DNA from: Candidatus Hadarchaeales archaeon
GTDB taxonomy: Archaea > Hadarchaeota > Hadarchaeia > Hadarchaeales > Hadarchaeaceae
Assembly (NCBI GenBank): GCA_038872135.1
Contig: JAVZGN010000002.1
Span: 32,001 to 96,000, forward strand
DNA length: 64,000 nucleotides
Direction: 5' to 3'
Each line of letters starts with the position of its first letter. Position 1 is the first letter of the stretch. The notes under the pieces were generated by a model. The model worked only from the letters and a program-made list of their open reading frames with translations, made no database searches and was not told the origin of the DNA. The position numbers and the translations under genes were made by a program. Positions 9,685 through 20,088 of this stretch are shown piece after piece.

Positions 9685-9955
9685 ATCTTATTTTGAAACC
9701 GGAGAATTCGCCCGTGTATTTTTCCATCTTCACCTCAACGTTGGAGACGACGGCGGCCGGAGGCCCTCTCCTGCAAAATTTTATCATCTCCTCCACCTTT
9801 TCTTTCTCTCCCTCAAAAACTGCCTCCACCCTTCCATCTGGAGTGTTCCTTACCCATCCACTCACGCCTAGTCTCTCCGCCAGCTCCTTGACATGGGCCC
9901 TGAAGAAGACCCCGGTTACCTCTCCGCTCACATAAACATGCGCCCTTGTCTTCAT
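9677..9955 (-). CDS. acyP: Acylphosphatase
   Basis: VSGEVTGVFFR, GWVRNTPDGRVEAVFEG, GPPAAVV. Confidence 0.93.
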   Translation of the reverse strand: MKTRAHVYVSGEVTGVFFRAHVKELAERLGVSGWVRNTPDGRVEAVFEGEKEKVEEMIKFCRRGPPAAVVSNVEVKMEKYTGEFSGFKIRYG

Positions 9956-9982
9956 CAAATCATCTTTTGCGGAAAAAGTTTT

Positions 9983-11041
9983 CTAACTTACGGTTATTAT
10001 CTGCCCGCCCGCAGCCTTCCTGAGGCGGTTCATTATCGCAAGCCCGATCCCTTTCGCCTCAATCCCTTCGACGGCGATGAAGGAAACCCCTGCCGCATCA
10101 AGGGCTCTGAGGGCCCCAAAGAGATTTTTGGCTATCGACCTTAGGTCCTCTCTTCTTCCCAGAACCCTGATCTCGTCCGCGCGGTAGAGGTCGGCTGTTT
10201 CTGCTGTGGCGATCACCGCTGTCTTCTTTCCATTTATTTTCTTGAGATCCACGAGCTGCTGGATTTTCTCCACGACCTTTGATATTTCGCCCTCCACCAC
10301 CACAACCTCCGCGGCGGGGGCATAGTGGCGGTATTTCATCCCAGGAGATCTAGCCACTGCCTCCTCTTCATCCACCCTCGCCTCGGCTACAGGGTGAACC
10401 ATAACCTCTCCCACCACCTCTTTCAGCTCCTCAACCGAGATCGGTCCGGGCCTCAGAAGCACCGGGGGAGTGGAGGTGACATCGAGGACCGTCGATTCTA
10501 TGCCGTGGGTGATTTCCCCGCCATCGATGATGATGTCCACCCTTCCCCAGAGGTCCTCCACAACATGCTGGGCTGTCGTTGGACTGGGCCTACCGGAGAG
10601 GTTGGCGCTTGGGGCGGCCACAGGTACCTCTGCCTTTTTTATCAGAAGGTGAGATATCGGGTGAGACGGCATTCTTACCGCCACCGTCTCGAGGCCAGCA
10701 GTAACAGCTTTTGGGACCGCTTCTGATCTCGGGAGGATGAGGGTTAGAGGGCCCGGCCAGAAGCGCTGGATGAGGGGGGTTGCTATTTCTGGGACCTCCT
10801 CGGCTAGGAGATGGATGTCCTCCTTCTCAGCTATGTGGACGATGATGGGGTTGTCGGGGGGCCTTCCCTTCGCCGCAAATATTTTTTTCACAGCAGTTTC
10901 ATCAACGGCGTTTGCCCCCAAGCCATAAACAGTTTCAGTTGGAAATGCCACAAGCCCTCCTCTCCTTATCACCCCTGCCGCGAGCTCCACCTTCTCGATA
11001 TCTGGATTTGTGGGGTCTATCTTCAGGAGGATGGTGGTCAT
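9983..11041 (-). CDS. sua5: Threonylcarbamoyl-AMP synthase (Sua5)
   Basis: AFPTETVYGLGANA, KGRPPDNP, APSANLSGRPSPT, SPGMKYRHYAP, AIMNRLRKAA. Confidence 0.95.
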   Translation of the reverse strand: MTTILLKIDPTNPDIEKVELAAGVIRRGGLVAFPTETVYGLGANAVDETAVKKIFAAKGRPPDNPIIVHIAEKEDIHLLAEEVPEIATPLIQRFWPGPLTLILPRSEAVPKAVTAGLETVAVRMPSHPISHLLIKKAEVPVAAPSANLSGRPSPTTAQHVVEDLWGRVDIIIDGGEITHGIESTVLDVTSTPPVLLRPGPISVEELKEVVGEVMVHPVAEARVDEEEAVARSPGMKYRHYAPAAEVVVVEGEISKVVEKIQQLVDLKKINGKKTAVIATAETADLYRADEIRVLGRREDLRSIAKNLFGALRALDAAGVSFIAVEGIEAKGIGLAIMNRLRKAAGGQIITVS

Positions 11042-11104
11042 CTTTTCACCTAACACTCTCAAACAACCCTTAAATCATGAAGAGGATATTTCTTGGGGAA
11101 GGAT

Positions 11105-11494
11105 ATGGAGAACCAGCTGATAGGAAAGAGCGTCAATGCACCGAAATTTCTCGGGATTCTTGAGAAGGAGTTTGGATGGTTCATATCCTATACTATCCTC
11201 CTGGCCGAAAAACACTTTGAAGACCCGGAGACGAAAAAGATCTATGTTGCCGTGGTGCTTCTCGGGGATTATCTGTGGAACATTCAGACGGTGAGGTTTG
11301 AGGAAGTCGTCTATGAAGCCGAGAGAACTAGGAGGAAGAAGGTTGACCGGCCCCCCCAAGCCATCCTGGAGAAAGCAATGAGCGACCTCATGTCTGCATA
11401 TGAGAAGGCCAAGGAGCTGCCTCTGAAGATAAAGAAAAGGCTGGCCGAAACCCAGGAAGTCCACGAGGGGGCACCGGAGGAGCTACCCCGCTGA
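11105..11494 (+). CDS. Hypothetical helical protein
   Basis: ~130-aa ORF filling the gap between sua5 and proC; family not recognised. Confidence 0.55.
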   Translation: MENQLIGKSVNAPKFLGILEKEFGWFISYTILLAEKHFEDPETKKIYVAVVLLGDYLWNIQTVRFEEVVYEAERTRRKKVDRPPQAILEKAMSDLMSAYEKAKELPLKIKKRLAETQEVHEGAPEELPR

Positions 11495-12268
11495 CAGCTC
11501 CCTGGCTCTCCTGATTGCAGCCTCAACTGCCCCCTTCACTGCCTCCGCAACCTTCCTTTCCTCCAGAACCTTCATCCCCTCAATGGTTGTGCCCTTCGGT
11601 GTGCAGATCTTCTGGATTATCTCTTCTGGGGAGCTCTCGGAAGAAATTGCCAGGACTCCCGCCCCAATAGCAGTCTGCGCCGCCAGCTTGAGGGAAACTT
11701 CTTCAGGGAGCCCCGCTTCCTTCCCGGCGGCTGCCATCGCCTGGATCACATGGAGGAGAAAGGCTGGCCCACTCCCGCTGACCCCTGTGACGGCGTCCAT
11801 GAGCTTTTCATCGATTTTTAAAAACAGGCCGAGGGGGGAGAAGAGCTTTTTTGCCACCTCCTCATCCTTCTTCCCCGCCCTTTTCCCCAGAGAATAACAG
11901 GCTGCCATCTCCCCCACCCCCGCGCAGAGGTTTGGCATCACCCTGATTGCCCTCCCGGAGGAGTTTTTCTCTATGAATGATGTTGAGATGCCGGCGGCGA
12001 TGGAGATGAGAAGCTTGTTTTTTGCCGGCTTCAGCTCCTCTAGGACCTCCTTGACATTTGCTGGCTTGACGGCGATGATGATCACATCTGAGTTTTTTGC
12101 CAGCTCCTGGATGGTGGTTGGGGTGGCGCCGAGTCTTTTCACCTGTTTTGCTTTTTCTGGGTCCTTTTCTGCAACCAAGATGTTTTTTGGGGGAAGGGCG
12201 TTGGTGAGAAGGAATCCTCTGATAAGGGCCTGCCCCATGTTTCCCGCGCCGATTATCCCAACTTTCAT
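11483..12268 (-). CDS. proC: Pyrroline-5-carboxylate reductase
   Basis: GAGNMG, AVKP, ISIAAG, RVMPN, SGSGPAF, TPKGTT. Confidence 0.95.
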   Translation of the reverse strand: MKVGIIGAGNMGQALIRGFLLTNALPPKNILVAEKDPEKAKQVKRLGATPTTIQELAKNSDVIIIAVKPANVKEVLEELKPAKNKLLISIAAGISTSFIEKNSSGRAIRVMPNLCAGVGEMAACYSLGKRAGKKDEEVAKKLFSPLGLFLKIDEKLMDAVTGVSGSGPAFLLHVIQAMAAAGKEAGLPEEVSLKLAAQTAIGAGVLAISSESSPEEIIQKICTPKGTTIEGMKVLEERKVAEAVKGAVEAAIRRARELSAG

Positions 12269-12350
12269 CTTCCCAAATTCTATTGAAGCCGAGGGTTAAA
12301 TCGCTGCCGAAGGGGAAAGTTTTAGAGTTTGAGGGGAGAAGTTGGTTTGG

Positions 12351-12427
12351 GCCTCGGTAGCTCAGTCGGTTAGAGCGCACGCTTGGTAAGCGTGAGGTCG
12401 CGGGTTCAATCCCCGCCCGGGGCTCCA
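12351..12427 (+). tRNA. tRNA-Thr(GGU), CCA encoded
   Basis: GCCTCGG acceptor, anticodon arm CACGC-TTGGTAA-GCGTG, T loop TTCAATC, 3' TCCA. Confidence 0.95.
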
Positions 12428-12648
12428 CTTCTCGAGCCTCTTGTGCAGGCCCCTCTCTAGGTGTGCCCAGGCTATTCACTATGCAAAAAAACAAACTAAT
12501 CTCAGGGCACAAATGAAGGGATGCCTTTAACCTACCACCCGGCTCGGCATTTGTCTGAAACTTTTTCGGCAAACTCTGGCATTTCGAAAGGTATTTAACC
12601 GCCGCCCCAAACTAATTGGAGGAAAAATAACAAAGGAGGCGAGAATGC

Positions 12649-12939
12649 ATGGCTGAAGCAAAAGGTGCCGCGGAAAATACCGTCTTCATAGGGACGAAGC
12701 CGGTGATGAACTATGTGCTGGCAGCGATAACCCAGTTCAACTCTGGGGCAAACTCAGTGACCCTGAAGGCACGCGGTAGGGCCATCAGCAGAGCTGTCGA
12801 TGTTGCAGAGATCCTCAGGAACAGGTTCTTGCAGAATGTGAGTGTGAGCAACATAGCAATCGGGACCGAGCAGGTCCAAGGTGAAGGCGGCACGGCAAAT
12901 GTGTCAATAATTGAAATAACGCTGGGCAAGGGCAAATAA
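12649..12939 (+). CDS. albA: Chromatin protein Alba
   Basis: [44 protein letters not shown] upstream. Confidence 0.96.
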   Translation: MAEAKGAAENTVFIGTKPVMNYVLAAITQFNSGANSVTLKARGRAISRAVDVAEILRNRFLQNVSVSNIAIGTEQVQGEGGTANVSIIEITLGKGK

Positions 12940-12963
12940 ACTTGCCCCATTTTTTTATTTTTT
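12924..12963 (+). terminator. Hairpin plus oligo-T terminator after alba
   Basis: GGGCAAG...CTTGCCC stem followed by TTTTTTTATTTTTT. Confidence 0.6.
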
Positions 12964-13016
12964 GACGGCATTTCCAAAATCTCTAAATAACTGCTGCCGG
13001 AGTCTCTGGTGAAACG

Positions 13017-14336
13017 ATGGAGCTGGATGAGCTAGGCTCACTTCGGAGAACTCATCTCTCCCGGGAAATCGATGGAAGCTTGGCGGGGAGAGAAGTTGTG
13101 GTCATGGGGAGAGTGGGGGCGATCAGAGATCTCGGTGGGGTAAAATTCTTCGTTCTTCACGATGTGAGCGGGACAATTCAAATCACTGCTCATGAGAATA
13201 GGGTTGAGAGAAAAACTTTTGAAAAAATCTCCGCCCTCACCCAGGAGTCCTCGGTGGCGGTAAGGGGAGTTGTTGTAAAAGCTGCACAGGCCCCAAGAGG
13301 AATAGAAATCGTCCCATCTGAGATTAGAATATTAAATCTCGCCGAGGCCCCTCTCCCGCTCGACCCTCTAGGGAAGGTGAAGGCAAACCTGGACACAAGG
13401 CTGGATGCCAGAGCCATCGACCTGAGGAGAAAAGAAGCCCTGGCTATCTTCAGGATAAGAAATGAAGCACTTCAGGCGGCAAGAAATTACCTCCTTTCAA
13501 AAGGATTCATAGAAGTCCACACACCAAAGATAGTCGCCACGGCAACTGAAAGTGGGGCGGCCCTTTTTCCAATCTCATATTTTGAAAGGGAGGCATTCCT
13601 CAGCCAGAGCCCCCAGCTCTACAAAGAGGTTTTGACCGGAGCTTTTGAAAAGGTCTTTGAGGTGGGGCCGATTTTCAGGGCTGAGGAGCACGACACTCCT
13701 CGCCATCTCAACGAGGCGATTTCAATTGACATTGAAATGGCCTATGCCGCCGCGGAGGATGTGATGAAGATCCTGGAGGAAATTCTGAGGGAAGCCTTCA
13801 AAAGGGTGGTGGAGAACTGCAGGGAAGAGCTTGAAGCTCTGAATGTAAAGTTGGAGGTCCCTTCACTTCCCCTCCCAAGAATCCCCTACTCGAAGGCTTT
13901 GGAGATGCTGGAGAAGGAGGGAGTGAAAGTCCCCTGGGGCGAGGACCTCCCAACGCCGGCTGAGAAAAAGCTGGCGGAGCTTGTGGATGGGGCCTATTTC
14001 ATCACCGAGTGGCCGATTAAAATAAAGCCCTTCTACACAATGCCGAAGAGCGACAACCCTGAGCTGGCGGAAGCCTTCGACCTCATGTACAAGGAGATAG
14101 AGCTGGCGTCCGGGGGGCAGAGGATCCACCAGCCAGACCTCCTGGTGAGGCAGCTAAAGGCAAAAGGACTGAACCCAAAAAATTTTGAGCATCACCTCCT
14201 CAGCTTCAGGTTCGGGCTGCCCCCCCACAGCGGCTGGGGTCTCGGCCTCGACAGGCTGACGATGGTGATGACCGGGAGCGACAACATCAGGGAATGCGTG
14301 CTTTTCCCCCGGGACAGACGGCGGCTTACCCCCTAG
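13017..14336 (+). CDS. aspS: Aspartyl-tRNA synthetase, probably non-discriminating
   Basis: OB fold RDLGG, QSPQLYK, FRAE...[27 protein letters not shown]. Confidence 0.95.
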   Translation: MELDELGSLRRTHLSREIDGSLAGREVVVMGRVGAIRDLGGVKFFVLHDVSGTIQITAHENRVERKTFEKISALTQESSVAVRGVVVKAAQAPRGIEIVPSEIRILNLAEAPLPLDPLGKVKANLDTRLDARAIDLRRKEALAIFRIRNEALQAARNYLLSKGFIEVHTPKIVATATESGAALFPISYFEREAFLSQSPQLYKEVLTGAFEKVFEVGPIFRAEEHDTPRHLNEAISIDIEMAYAAAEDVMKILEEILREAFKRVVENCREELEALNVKLEVPSLPLPRIPYSKALEMLEKEGVKVPWGEDLPTPAEKKLAELVDGAYFITEWPIKIKPFYTMPKSDNPELAEAFDLMYKEIELASGGQRIHQPDLLVRQLKAKGLNPKNFEHHLLSFRFGLPPHSGWGLGLDRLTMVMTGSDNIRECVLFPRDRRRLTP

Positions 14337-15052
14337 AAAAACTGCTCCAGGCCGACCTTCATCGGAAGATCTACCACTGTCACCCTCCCCGTCGCTGGAA
14401 GGGAAACATTGAAAATTGCTGTTTTTCCCATCATCGCCTTCAACCTGGTGCTGTTGTGGGCATGACCGTGAAACCATGCGTCTGGCTGTCTTCTCTTTAT
14501 GACCTCCTCCATCTTCCTGCAGCCCATCTCTTCAAACACCCTTCTCTTTTCCCCCTCGAGCGTCTGGTAGGTGGGGGAGTAGTGGGTGACGACCATTTTT
14601 ATCTCAGAGGCAAGGGATGAGAGAAGAGAATCTATTTTCCCAACCCTATCCTCGTAAATCTTCGAGATATTTGGGATGTGCGTGCGCTGCCAGAAGGTTG
14701 GCCTGTCCAGGGAGCCGCGGGAAATAACCACTCCCACCCTGACCCCCGCAATCTCAAGCTCCACGGCATCATCATTTATCCATCTTATGTCCTTGAAGCC
14801 GCGGAATATCTCCCAGTGATCGTCATACTCCTCGTTTCCAAAGCAGGCAAGGATTTCTCCCCGATGGCGGCTTCTGATGGCCTCAATCACCGGCGGCAGA
14901 CTCCTCCAGTCGTTCCTCTCCACCAGATCCCCCGCCAGAAGAAAAATATCGCAGTTTGATATCTCTTCCATCGCTTTCCTGAAGAGCTCTATGCCGAGGG
15001 GGGAGTGGATGTCTGAAACTGCTGCTACCCTCACCACAGCCAGCGTCACCAT
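14333..15052 (-). CDS. Calcineurin-like metallophosphoesterase
   Basis: SDIH, AGDL, FGNEE, THY, HGHAH motifs; true start likely ATG 15052 (track extends to 15334). Confidence 0.88.
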   Translation of the reverse strand: MVTLAVVRVAAVSDIHSPLGIELFRKAMEEISNCDIFLLAGDLVERNDWRSLPPVIEAIRSRHRGEILACFGNEEYDDHWEIFRGFKDIRWINDDAVELEIAGVRVGVVISRGSLDRPTFWQRTHIPNISKIYEDRVGKIDSLLSSLASEIKMVVTHYSPTYQTLEGEKRRVFEEMGCRKMEEVIKRRQPDAWFHGHAHNSTRLKAMMGKTAIFNVSLPATGRVTVVDLPMKVGLEQFF

Positions 15053-15054
15053 CT

Positions 15055-16659
15055 CTATTTTTTCTTCTTCAGCAGCTCCCGGTAGGTTTCGATGATGTAG
15101 GGCTCTCTTTCGAAAAGCTGCCGCTTGATTGTATCCAGCGCAGCCATGTGCATTTCTCTCACCCTTGGTGGAACGCGTTCGATTTTCTTCTCTTTCTTCC
15201 AGGTGCGGTAGATGTCCTCCAGCCTCCTGAGAATCTCGATCCTCTCGGCTTCCTCGGCTTTCTTCATCGCCTCTATGTTCACGATGATTCCGCGAACGCC
15301 GATAAATTTCCCATCCACCACAATCGGCCTGCACCGGATGAGCGCCGGGAATTTTGTCCCATTTTTCCTCACGGCTGTGAACTCTCCTTCCCAGGTCTTG
15401 GGCTTCCTCAGGAGGGACTTCAGCCGGCCCTGATCCCTTTTTGCCAAAAGCCTTGAAATTGACATCCCAGCAATTTCTCTGTCGGAAAATCCAAACTCCT
15501 TCTGGCCGGTGGAGTTAAGAAAAGTCAGCTTTCCATCGGCCCCCACCTCGAACACAGTTTCTGGAAGGAGATCAACTAGCTCCCGGTACCTCCTCTCACT
15601 CTCCCTCAGCCTCCACTCTGCTTCTTTTAACTCAGCAACCGTCTTTTCCAGCTCGGCTGTTCTTTCTCTGACCATCTCCCCCAGCTCCTCCCTGGAAGCC
15701 GCCCTGAACTTTTCATCCTCGAGAAGTCCCGGGGGAAGGCCAACCGCCAGCCTGGAAAATGCTTCCGCCCCCACCGCCTGCTCCTTCACCCTGTAGTAGA
15801 TCTGAGAAAACTTTTTTTCTGCAAATTTTGGAGAGGTGAGCGCCCCAAGGAGATATATCAGCCTTGAGTTCAAAAGTGAGAATGCCGGCGCCAGTTTTTC
15901 CATCGCTTCCTCCAGCCCCATCTTTGAAACCTTTGGCGCAAGCCTGCTGCAGTCCAGCCTCCCTCTTTCTGTTATCTCACAATCCTCGAACACGTTGTGG
16001 TCGCGCGAGCACTCAATAAATATCTCTCTGACAGGTTTGATGCCGGAAATCTTTGCGATGACGCTCAAAAACATGTTTGTGAGCTCGGTGTAGGCGCGCA
16101 GAAGTCCCACGCTATCCTTGAGAAGCAGTTTCTCCTTCGGGAGCAGAATTGCGCCACCTATTTTACTGTGAAGTTTCCTTTCCCCAAAAGCGATGCCCCC
16201 AAGGCCAAAGCTGAGGAGCACCTGTGCAACCGCTCCATGGGGATATACCTCTGAAGCAGGAAGAAAGAGGATCAAAAAGGGCAGCGCCAGAAGGAGGGAG
16301 AGTGCTCCCACGAGCCTATATTTTCCATGCTCAAAGGCACGGAGCATTGTCAACCACGGAATCTTCTTAACCTTCCTTACCACAACGCCTGAATAGACCA
16401 GCCCTGAGAGGGTGACCGCAAAAGCTGCTAAAAACAGGAAAAATGCGAGATACTTTCCACCGATGACCGTTAAAAAGATGTAGCCTATGAAAGGTGCAAC
16501 CGCCGAAAGGACAAAAAGGATTGAGCCGGCAGAAATCATATACTCGGCGTATGCTCCTTTCAGAAGGGTGGAATTCTTCCAGGCAAAGTACACGCATAAA
16601 ACCGCGAGAAGGGAGTCCACCGCGGCGAAAAACACAAAAACTAATGCAGCAACATCCAT
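15055..16659 (-). CDS. Multi-TM membrane protein with coiled coil and PAS domain, no recognisable output domain
   Basis: About 5 TM helices, VRERTAEL...AEWRLRESERRYRELVDLLPE linker, PAS/PAC (RKNGTKFP...GIIVNI). Confidence 0.8.
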   Translation of the reverse strand: MDVAALVFVFFAAVDSLLAVLCVYFAWKNSTLLKGAYAEYMISAGSILFVLSAVAPFIGYIFLTVIGGKYLAFFLFLAAFAVTLSGLVYSGVVVRKVKKIPWLTMLRAFEHGKYRLVGALSLLLALPFLILFLPASEVYPHGAVAQVLLSFGLGGIAFGERKLHSKIGGAILLPKEKLLLKDSVGLLRAYTELTNMFLSVIAKISGIKPVREIFIECSRDHNVFEDCEITERGRLDCSRLAPKVSKMGLEEAMEKLAPAFSLLNSRLIYLLGALTSPKFAEKKFSQIYYRVKEQAVGAEAFSRLAVGLPPGLLEDEKFRAASREELGEMVRERTAELEKTVAELKEAEWRLRESERRYRELVDLLPETVFEVGADGKLTFLNSTGQKEFGFSDREIAGMSISRLLAKRDQGRLKSLLRKPKTWEGEFTAVRKNGTKFPALIRCRPIVVDGKFIGVRGIIVNIEAMKKAEEAERIEILRRLEDIYRTWKKEKKIERVPPRVREMHMAALDTIKRQLFEREPYIIETYRELLKKKK

Positions 16660-16737
16660 CTACTTTGCCTCCCAAACAGGCATTCTCTCATCCTCTGTTA
16701 AAAATTTATGATTAAAAAACTGCCGCTCCTAAACGCT

Positions 16738-17931
16738 TCAAATCAGCCCTTTCAGCTTCCAGAGAAGCTTCGGGTGGGCCTTCATGAGAACCTTGAGCAT
16801 GTCTGTGAGACTGATCCTGTCGAAATCTACGCTGCTGAGGACTTTTGCCAATTTGTCCAGCTCCTCATCACTCAGCTCCAGCAAGACATCCTTTGCCTTG
16901 AGATATCGCTCGAGCCTCTTCCCAATAGCCTCCCGCCACCTCTTCTCATATTCCTTCAACCTCTTCTCCGAGGTGTTGCCCTCCCTCACCGCCTTGGCGG
17001 CGACTTCCCCAGCGATGTTTCCGGCCCTCATCGCAGAGTCTATGCCGCCCCCCGTGAGTGGATTCACCTGCCTCGCCGCATCCCCGACTATCAGGAGATT
17101 ATCCCCAACCGTCTTCTTAGCCGGGCCGCAGACTGGGACGCCCCCAACATTTATTTCCACCACCCTTCCCTTCGAGAGGTTGGGCATCCGCGCCACAAAA
17201 TCCTTGAGATACTCCAGCGGCCTGCGCTCGGCCCTGCTCCCGATAACTCCAAGACCAACATTTGCATAATCCTCTCCCTTCGGGAAAACCCATGCATAGC
17301 CTCCAGGAGAAATCCTGCTCCCCAGGTAGAACTCCAGCAGTTCCGGTGACTCTAGGTCAACATCAACCATCTGAAACTGGGCGCACGTTTCGATGTCTGA
17401 GGGGCGAACCGTTGTGTTTATTCCCGCCCATCTCGCCACCCTCGAACCAACACCGTCGGCGGCGATTATCACCTTGGCTCCAACTTCTATTTTCCCGTGG
17501 ATTCCAGCTCCCCTCACCCCCGCCGGCTTCCTATCCTTGAAGATGATGCCGTTCACATAAGTGCCCACCATCATGTCCGCCCCCGCTTCCACTGCTCTCA
17601 ACGCCAGAAACTTGTCAAACTGCTTCCTGTTCAGAAGGTATCCAACCTTCCCCCCGGCCCTCTCCGCAATTTTTATTTCTATGCCCCCCGGAGAAACTAT
17701 CTTCACAGCTCTAGTCCTGTTTACCGCCCAGATCTCGTCTGGTTTTATCTTCAGCTCCTTCAGGACATCCTCGGCGAGAGCCTCCCCACATTGAACCGGA
17801 ACTCCAAGCTCCCGCCGCCTGTCTATCATCAACACGCTCGCTCCATTCTTCACGGCAGCATAGGCCGCCGTGGACCCGGCAGGCCCTGCCCCCACAACCA
17901 CAACATCATAATCTTTTCCTTGCAATTTCAA
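16738..17931 (-). CDS. Digeranylgeranylglycerophospholipid (geranylgeranyl) reductase
   Basis: GAGPAGS, VQCGE, PGGYAWVFPK, GDAARQVNPLTGGGI; likely TTG start at 17931 or 17925. Confidence 0.92.
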   Translation of the reverse strand: MKLQGKDYDVVVVGAGPAGSTAAYAAVKNGASVLMIDRRRELGVPVQCGEALAEDVLKELKIKPDEIWAVNRTRAVKIVSPGGIEIKIAERAGGKVGYLLNRKQFDKFLALRAVEAGADMMVGTYVNGIIFKDRKPAGVRGAGIHGKIEVGAKVIIAADGVGSRVARWAGINTTVRPSDIETCAQFQMVDVDLESPELLEFYLGSRISPGGYAWVFPKGEDYANVGLGVIGSRAERRPLEYLKDFVARMPNLSKGRVVEINVGGVPVCGPAKKTVGDNLLIVGDAARQVNPLTGGGIDSAMRAGNIAGEVAAKAVREGNTSEKRLKEYEKRWREAIGKRLERYLKAKDVLLELSDEELDKLAKVLSSVDFDRISLTDMLKVLMKAHPKLLWKLKGLI

Positions 17932-18082
17932 TCGCCCCCACAGGGCATATCCTGGCGCACAACCCACACTCTGTGCACTTCTCCGTAGCCCAGACCGAGC
18001 CGTCAGTGGCCTCTATCGCATCCACGGGGCAGACGCTCACGCACGCCCCGCACCTCAGACAGAGCTGACCGTTAACCTTCAT
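17906..18082 (-). CDS. 2x[4Fe-4S] ferredoxin (58 aa, absent from ORF track)
   Basis: MKVNGQLCLRCGACVSVCPVDAI...CTECGLCARICPVGAIEIARKRL*; two CxxCxxCxxxCP motifs; immediately upstream of the reductase. Confidence 0.92.
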   Translation of the reverse strand: MKVNGQLCLRCGACVSVCPVDAIEATDGSVWATEKCTECGLCARICPVGAIEIARKRL

Positions 18083-19319
18083 CTTCCCAGAACTCCGTCA
18101 GTTTTTTCTGGACGCCTCCGACCACTTTTGGCATCCCAGGAAGTTCAATGTGACCATACTTTCCGCCTCCACCTGCGACAACCTTTAGATTTCCCTCCCT
18201 AAATGCCTTTATAACTTCCGCCACGCCATCCCCCGCCACTTCTCTCAGCTCCTCCAGCTGGGCGTTCACCAAGACTGAGATCTCGCTGCCAAACCTCGTG
18301 ACAAGACTCCGCCACGTAGCCTGCACCTCCTCATCGTGCGGGTCTTTCCCACCTTTGGAGAGCGCAATGATCTCCGCCAGGGGAACTACTCTGAAATACC
18401 TTGGCCTGTGGGGTGGGTGCCTCGGCTCCGGGTAGCTTGCAAGCTCATTCACCCTGTCCCACACACCCTTCTTTATCCATCCCCCGCAGCTCTCGCACCT
18501 CCACTTCAGAGCTCTTGCCCTTTCAATGGAATACTGGTTAAAGCATCTTGAGCATGCAGTTCGGTGATATTTTCCCAGCCTCGGGTCGAAGCCGACATTG
18601 AGAGAGATGCGCCTGCCTTCCTTCCTGAGAATCGCCATTTTCACCTCATCGAAGGTTGGCTCCTGCAGCTCCATTCTATTGAACTCCCTCCCAAGCTTGT
18701 CTGGCCAGGGGCTGTGGGCATCGGAGCATGAGAGGAAGGTGACCTCCTGAAGCTCCGCTATCCTGTCAGCCATGTCTGAATCTGCGCTCAGCCCGAGCTC
18801 CAAGAAGCTCACCCGATCGCGCATATCCCCATAGCAATCGCCCATTGAATCAAACTCTTTGTAAAGGCTGGTCCAAGGGGTAAAAGCATGCGCTGGACCT
18901 ATGAGGCAACCGGCAGATGTGACAATTTCAGCTATTTCTGGGGCGCTCAACCCAACGGTGGCCCTTCCATCGGTGGCAATGTCCGGGGAGTGGCTCGAAA
19001 ATTTTTCCCTCACAGTGTCCACCGCGCTCAAAGATGGAAAAATTATGAGATGGTGAACGCGGCTTGCGTCCTCAACCTCAGCCGTGAGAAGAAACCTGAT
19101 TCCTGTCTCCTCATGCTCAAGTGTTCCGTCATCCACCAACCGCAGGGTCTCCTCAACCTCCTCGCGCCAGGAGGGGTGGAAGATATCCCCGGTTCCGACT
19201 ATCTCCAGCCCCTTGAGCCTCGCCTGTCGGGCAATTGTCTCTATATCCATCCTTGAGGAGGTTGCGCCGGAAAACCTTGAATGGATGTGGAGATCTGCAT
19301 TGAATGGCTGGAGGTCCAA
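18072..19319 (-). CDS. endoQ: Endonuclease Q (PHP domain, Zn finger, PIP box)
   Basis: DLHIHSRFS, GTGD, GPAHAFTPW, SDAHS, GKYHRTACSRC...CESC, C-terminal QKKLTEFW. Confidence 0.88.
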   Translation of the reverse strand: MDLQPFNADLHIHSRFSGATSSRMDIETIARQARLKGLEIVGTGDIFHPSWREEVEETLRLVDDGTLEHEETGIRFLLTAEVEDASRVHHLIIFPSLSAVDTVREKFSSHSPDIATDGRATVGLSAPEIAEIVTSAGCLIGPAHAFTPWTSLYKEFDSMGDCYGDMRDRVSFLELGLSADSDMADRIAELQEVTFLSCSDAHSPWPDKLGREFNRMELQEPTFDEVKMAILRKEGRRISLNVGFDPRLGKYHRTACSRCFNQYSIERARALKWRCESCGGWIKKGVWDRVNELASYPEPRHPPHRPRYFRVVPLAEIIALSKGGKDPHDEEVQATWRSLVTRFGSEISVLVNAQLEELREVAGDGVAEVIKAFREGNLKVVAGGGGKYGHIELPGMPKVVGGVQKKLTEFWEDEG

Positions 19320-19323
19320 GCTA

Positions 19324-20088
19324 TCATCCTATGTAGGGAGTCTCCTCACCCGCTCTTTTTTCCTCCTCCCTTGCCCTTCTCTCCATCTCTTTCTTGAGCT
19401 TTTCCATCAGCTGCTCTGTGGCTCTGGCCTTCTCTTCAAGATTCTGCATGCTTATCTTCAACTTTAAAACTCCCATCAGGATTTCAAGAACCTCTTTGGC
19501 CGCCCTGGGATCAACCATCATCCCGTGGGTCTCGCCGAGAAGGCAGAGCCCCTTCATGCCCCTGAGCCTTCCCTTGGCGATGAGAAGGCCCGCCGCCCCT
19601 ATGATGGGCCCTCCTGTGATCTCCGAGGATATTGCACCGTAGGCCTCCGCCTCCCTCACAAGATCGATGTCGCCTAGAGCTATTACCTTCGGCTTCTCGG
19701 GAGTGTATCTTCCTGTTGCAAAGCCTCCGAGGGTGAAGAGGTACTGTGTCTTCATCTCCCAGACAAAATCTAGGACCCTCTCGACGATCTCATAGTGGCC
19801 CTCGGGAGTGGCAGACTGGACATCCCCAACCCAGATAAGGAGATCCCTTCCATCGACCTGGACGTGATAGATTTCATTTCTAAGGGGCCTCATTATCCCT
19901 CCTGCGCCAATAGAAACGTGATGGGGGAAATGGGGGGAGTAAAGCTCTGCAATCACCTTCCCCCTGAACTGTGAGAGAATGTGCTCCGCAGCAAGCTTTC
20001 CCACATAACCCATTCCCGGGAGCCCTTCGATCAGCACAGGTTGGGTGAGCTTCGGCTTCTCAAGCACCCTTAGAATTGTCGTCTTCAT
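19324..20088 (-). CDS. PAC2 family proteasome assembly chaperone
   Basis: [41 protein letters not shown]-terminal YIG; start ATG 20088. Confidence 0.9.
   Translation of the reverse strand: MKTTILRVLEKPKLTQPVLIEGLPGMGYVGKLAAEHILSQFRGKVIAELYSPHFPHHVSIGAGGIMRPLRNEIYHVQVDGRDLLIWVGDVQSATPEGHYEIVERVLDFVWEMKTQYLFTLGGFATGRYTPEKPKVIALGDIDLVREAEAYGAISSEITGGPIIGAAGLLIAKGRLRGMKGLCLLGETHGMMVDPRAAKEVLEILMGVLKLKISMQNLEEKARATEQLMEKLKKEMERRAREEEKRAGEETPYIG

Noticed and set aside
12505-12562. C/D box sRNA between tRNA-Thr and alba
   Set aside because: ATGAAG...CTGA are present but internal boxes are unconvincing and I could not identify an rRNA target
11862-12572. 236-aa - strand ORF
   Set aside because: Runs antisense through tRNA-Thr and out of frame over proC; shadow ORF, like most short antisense ORFs in the track
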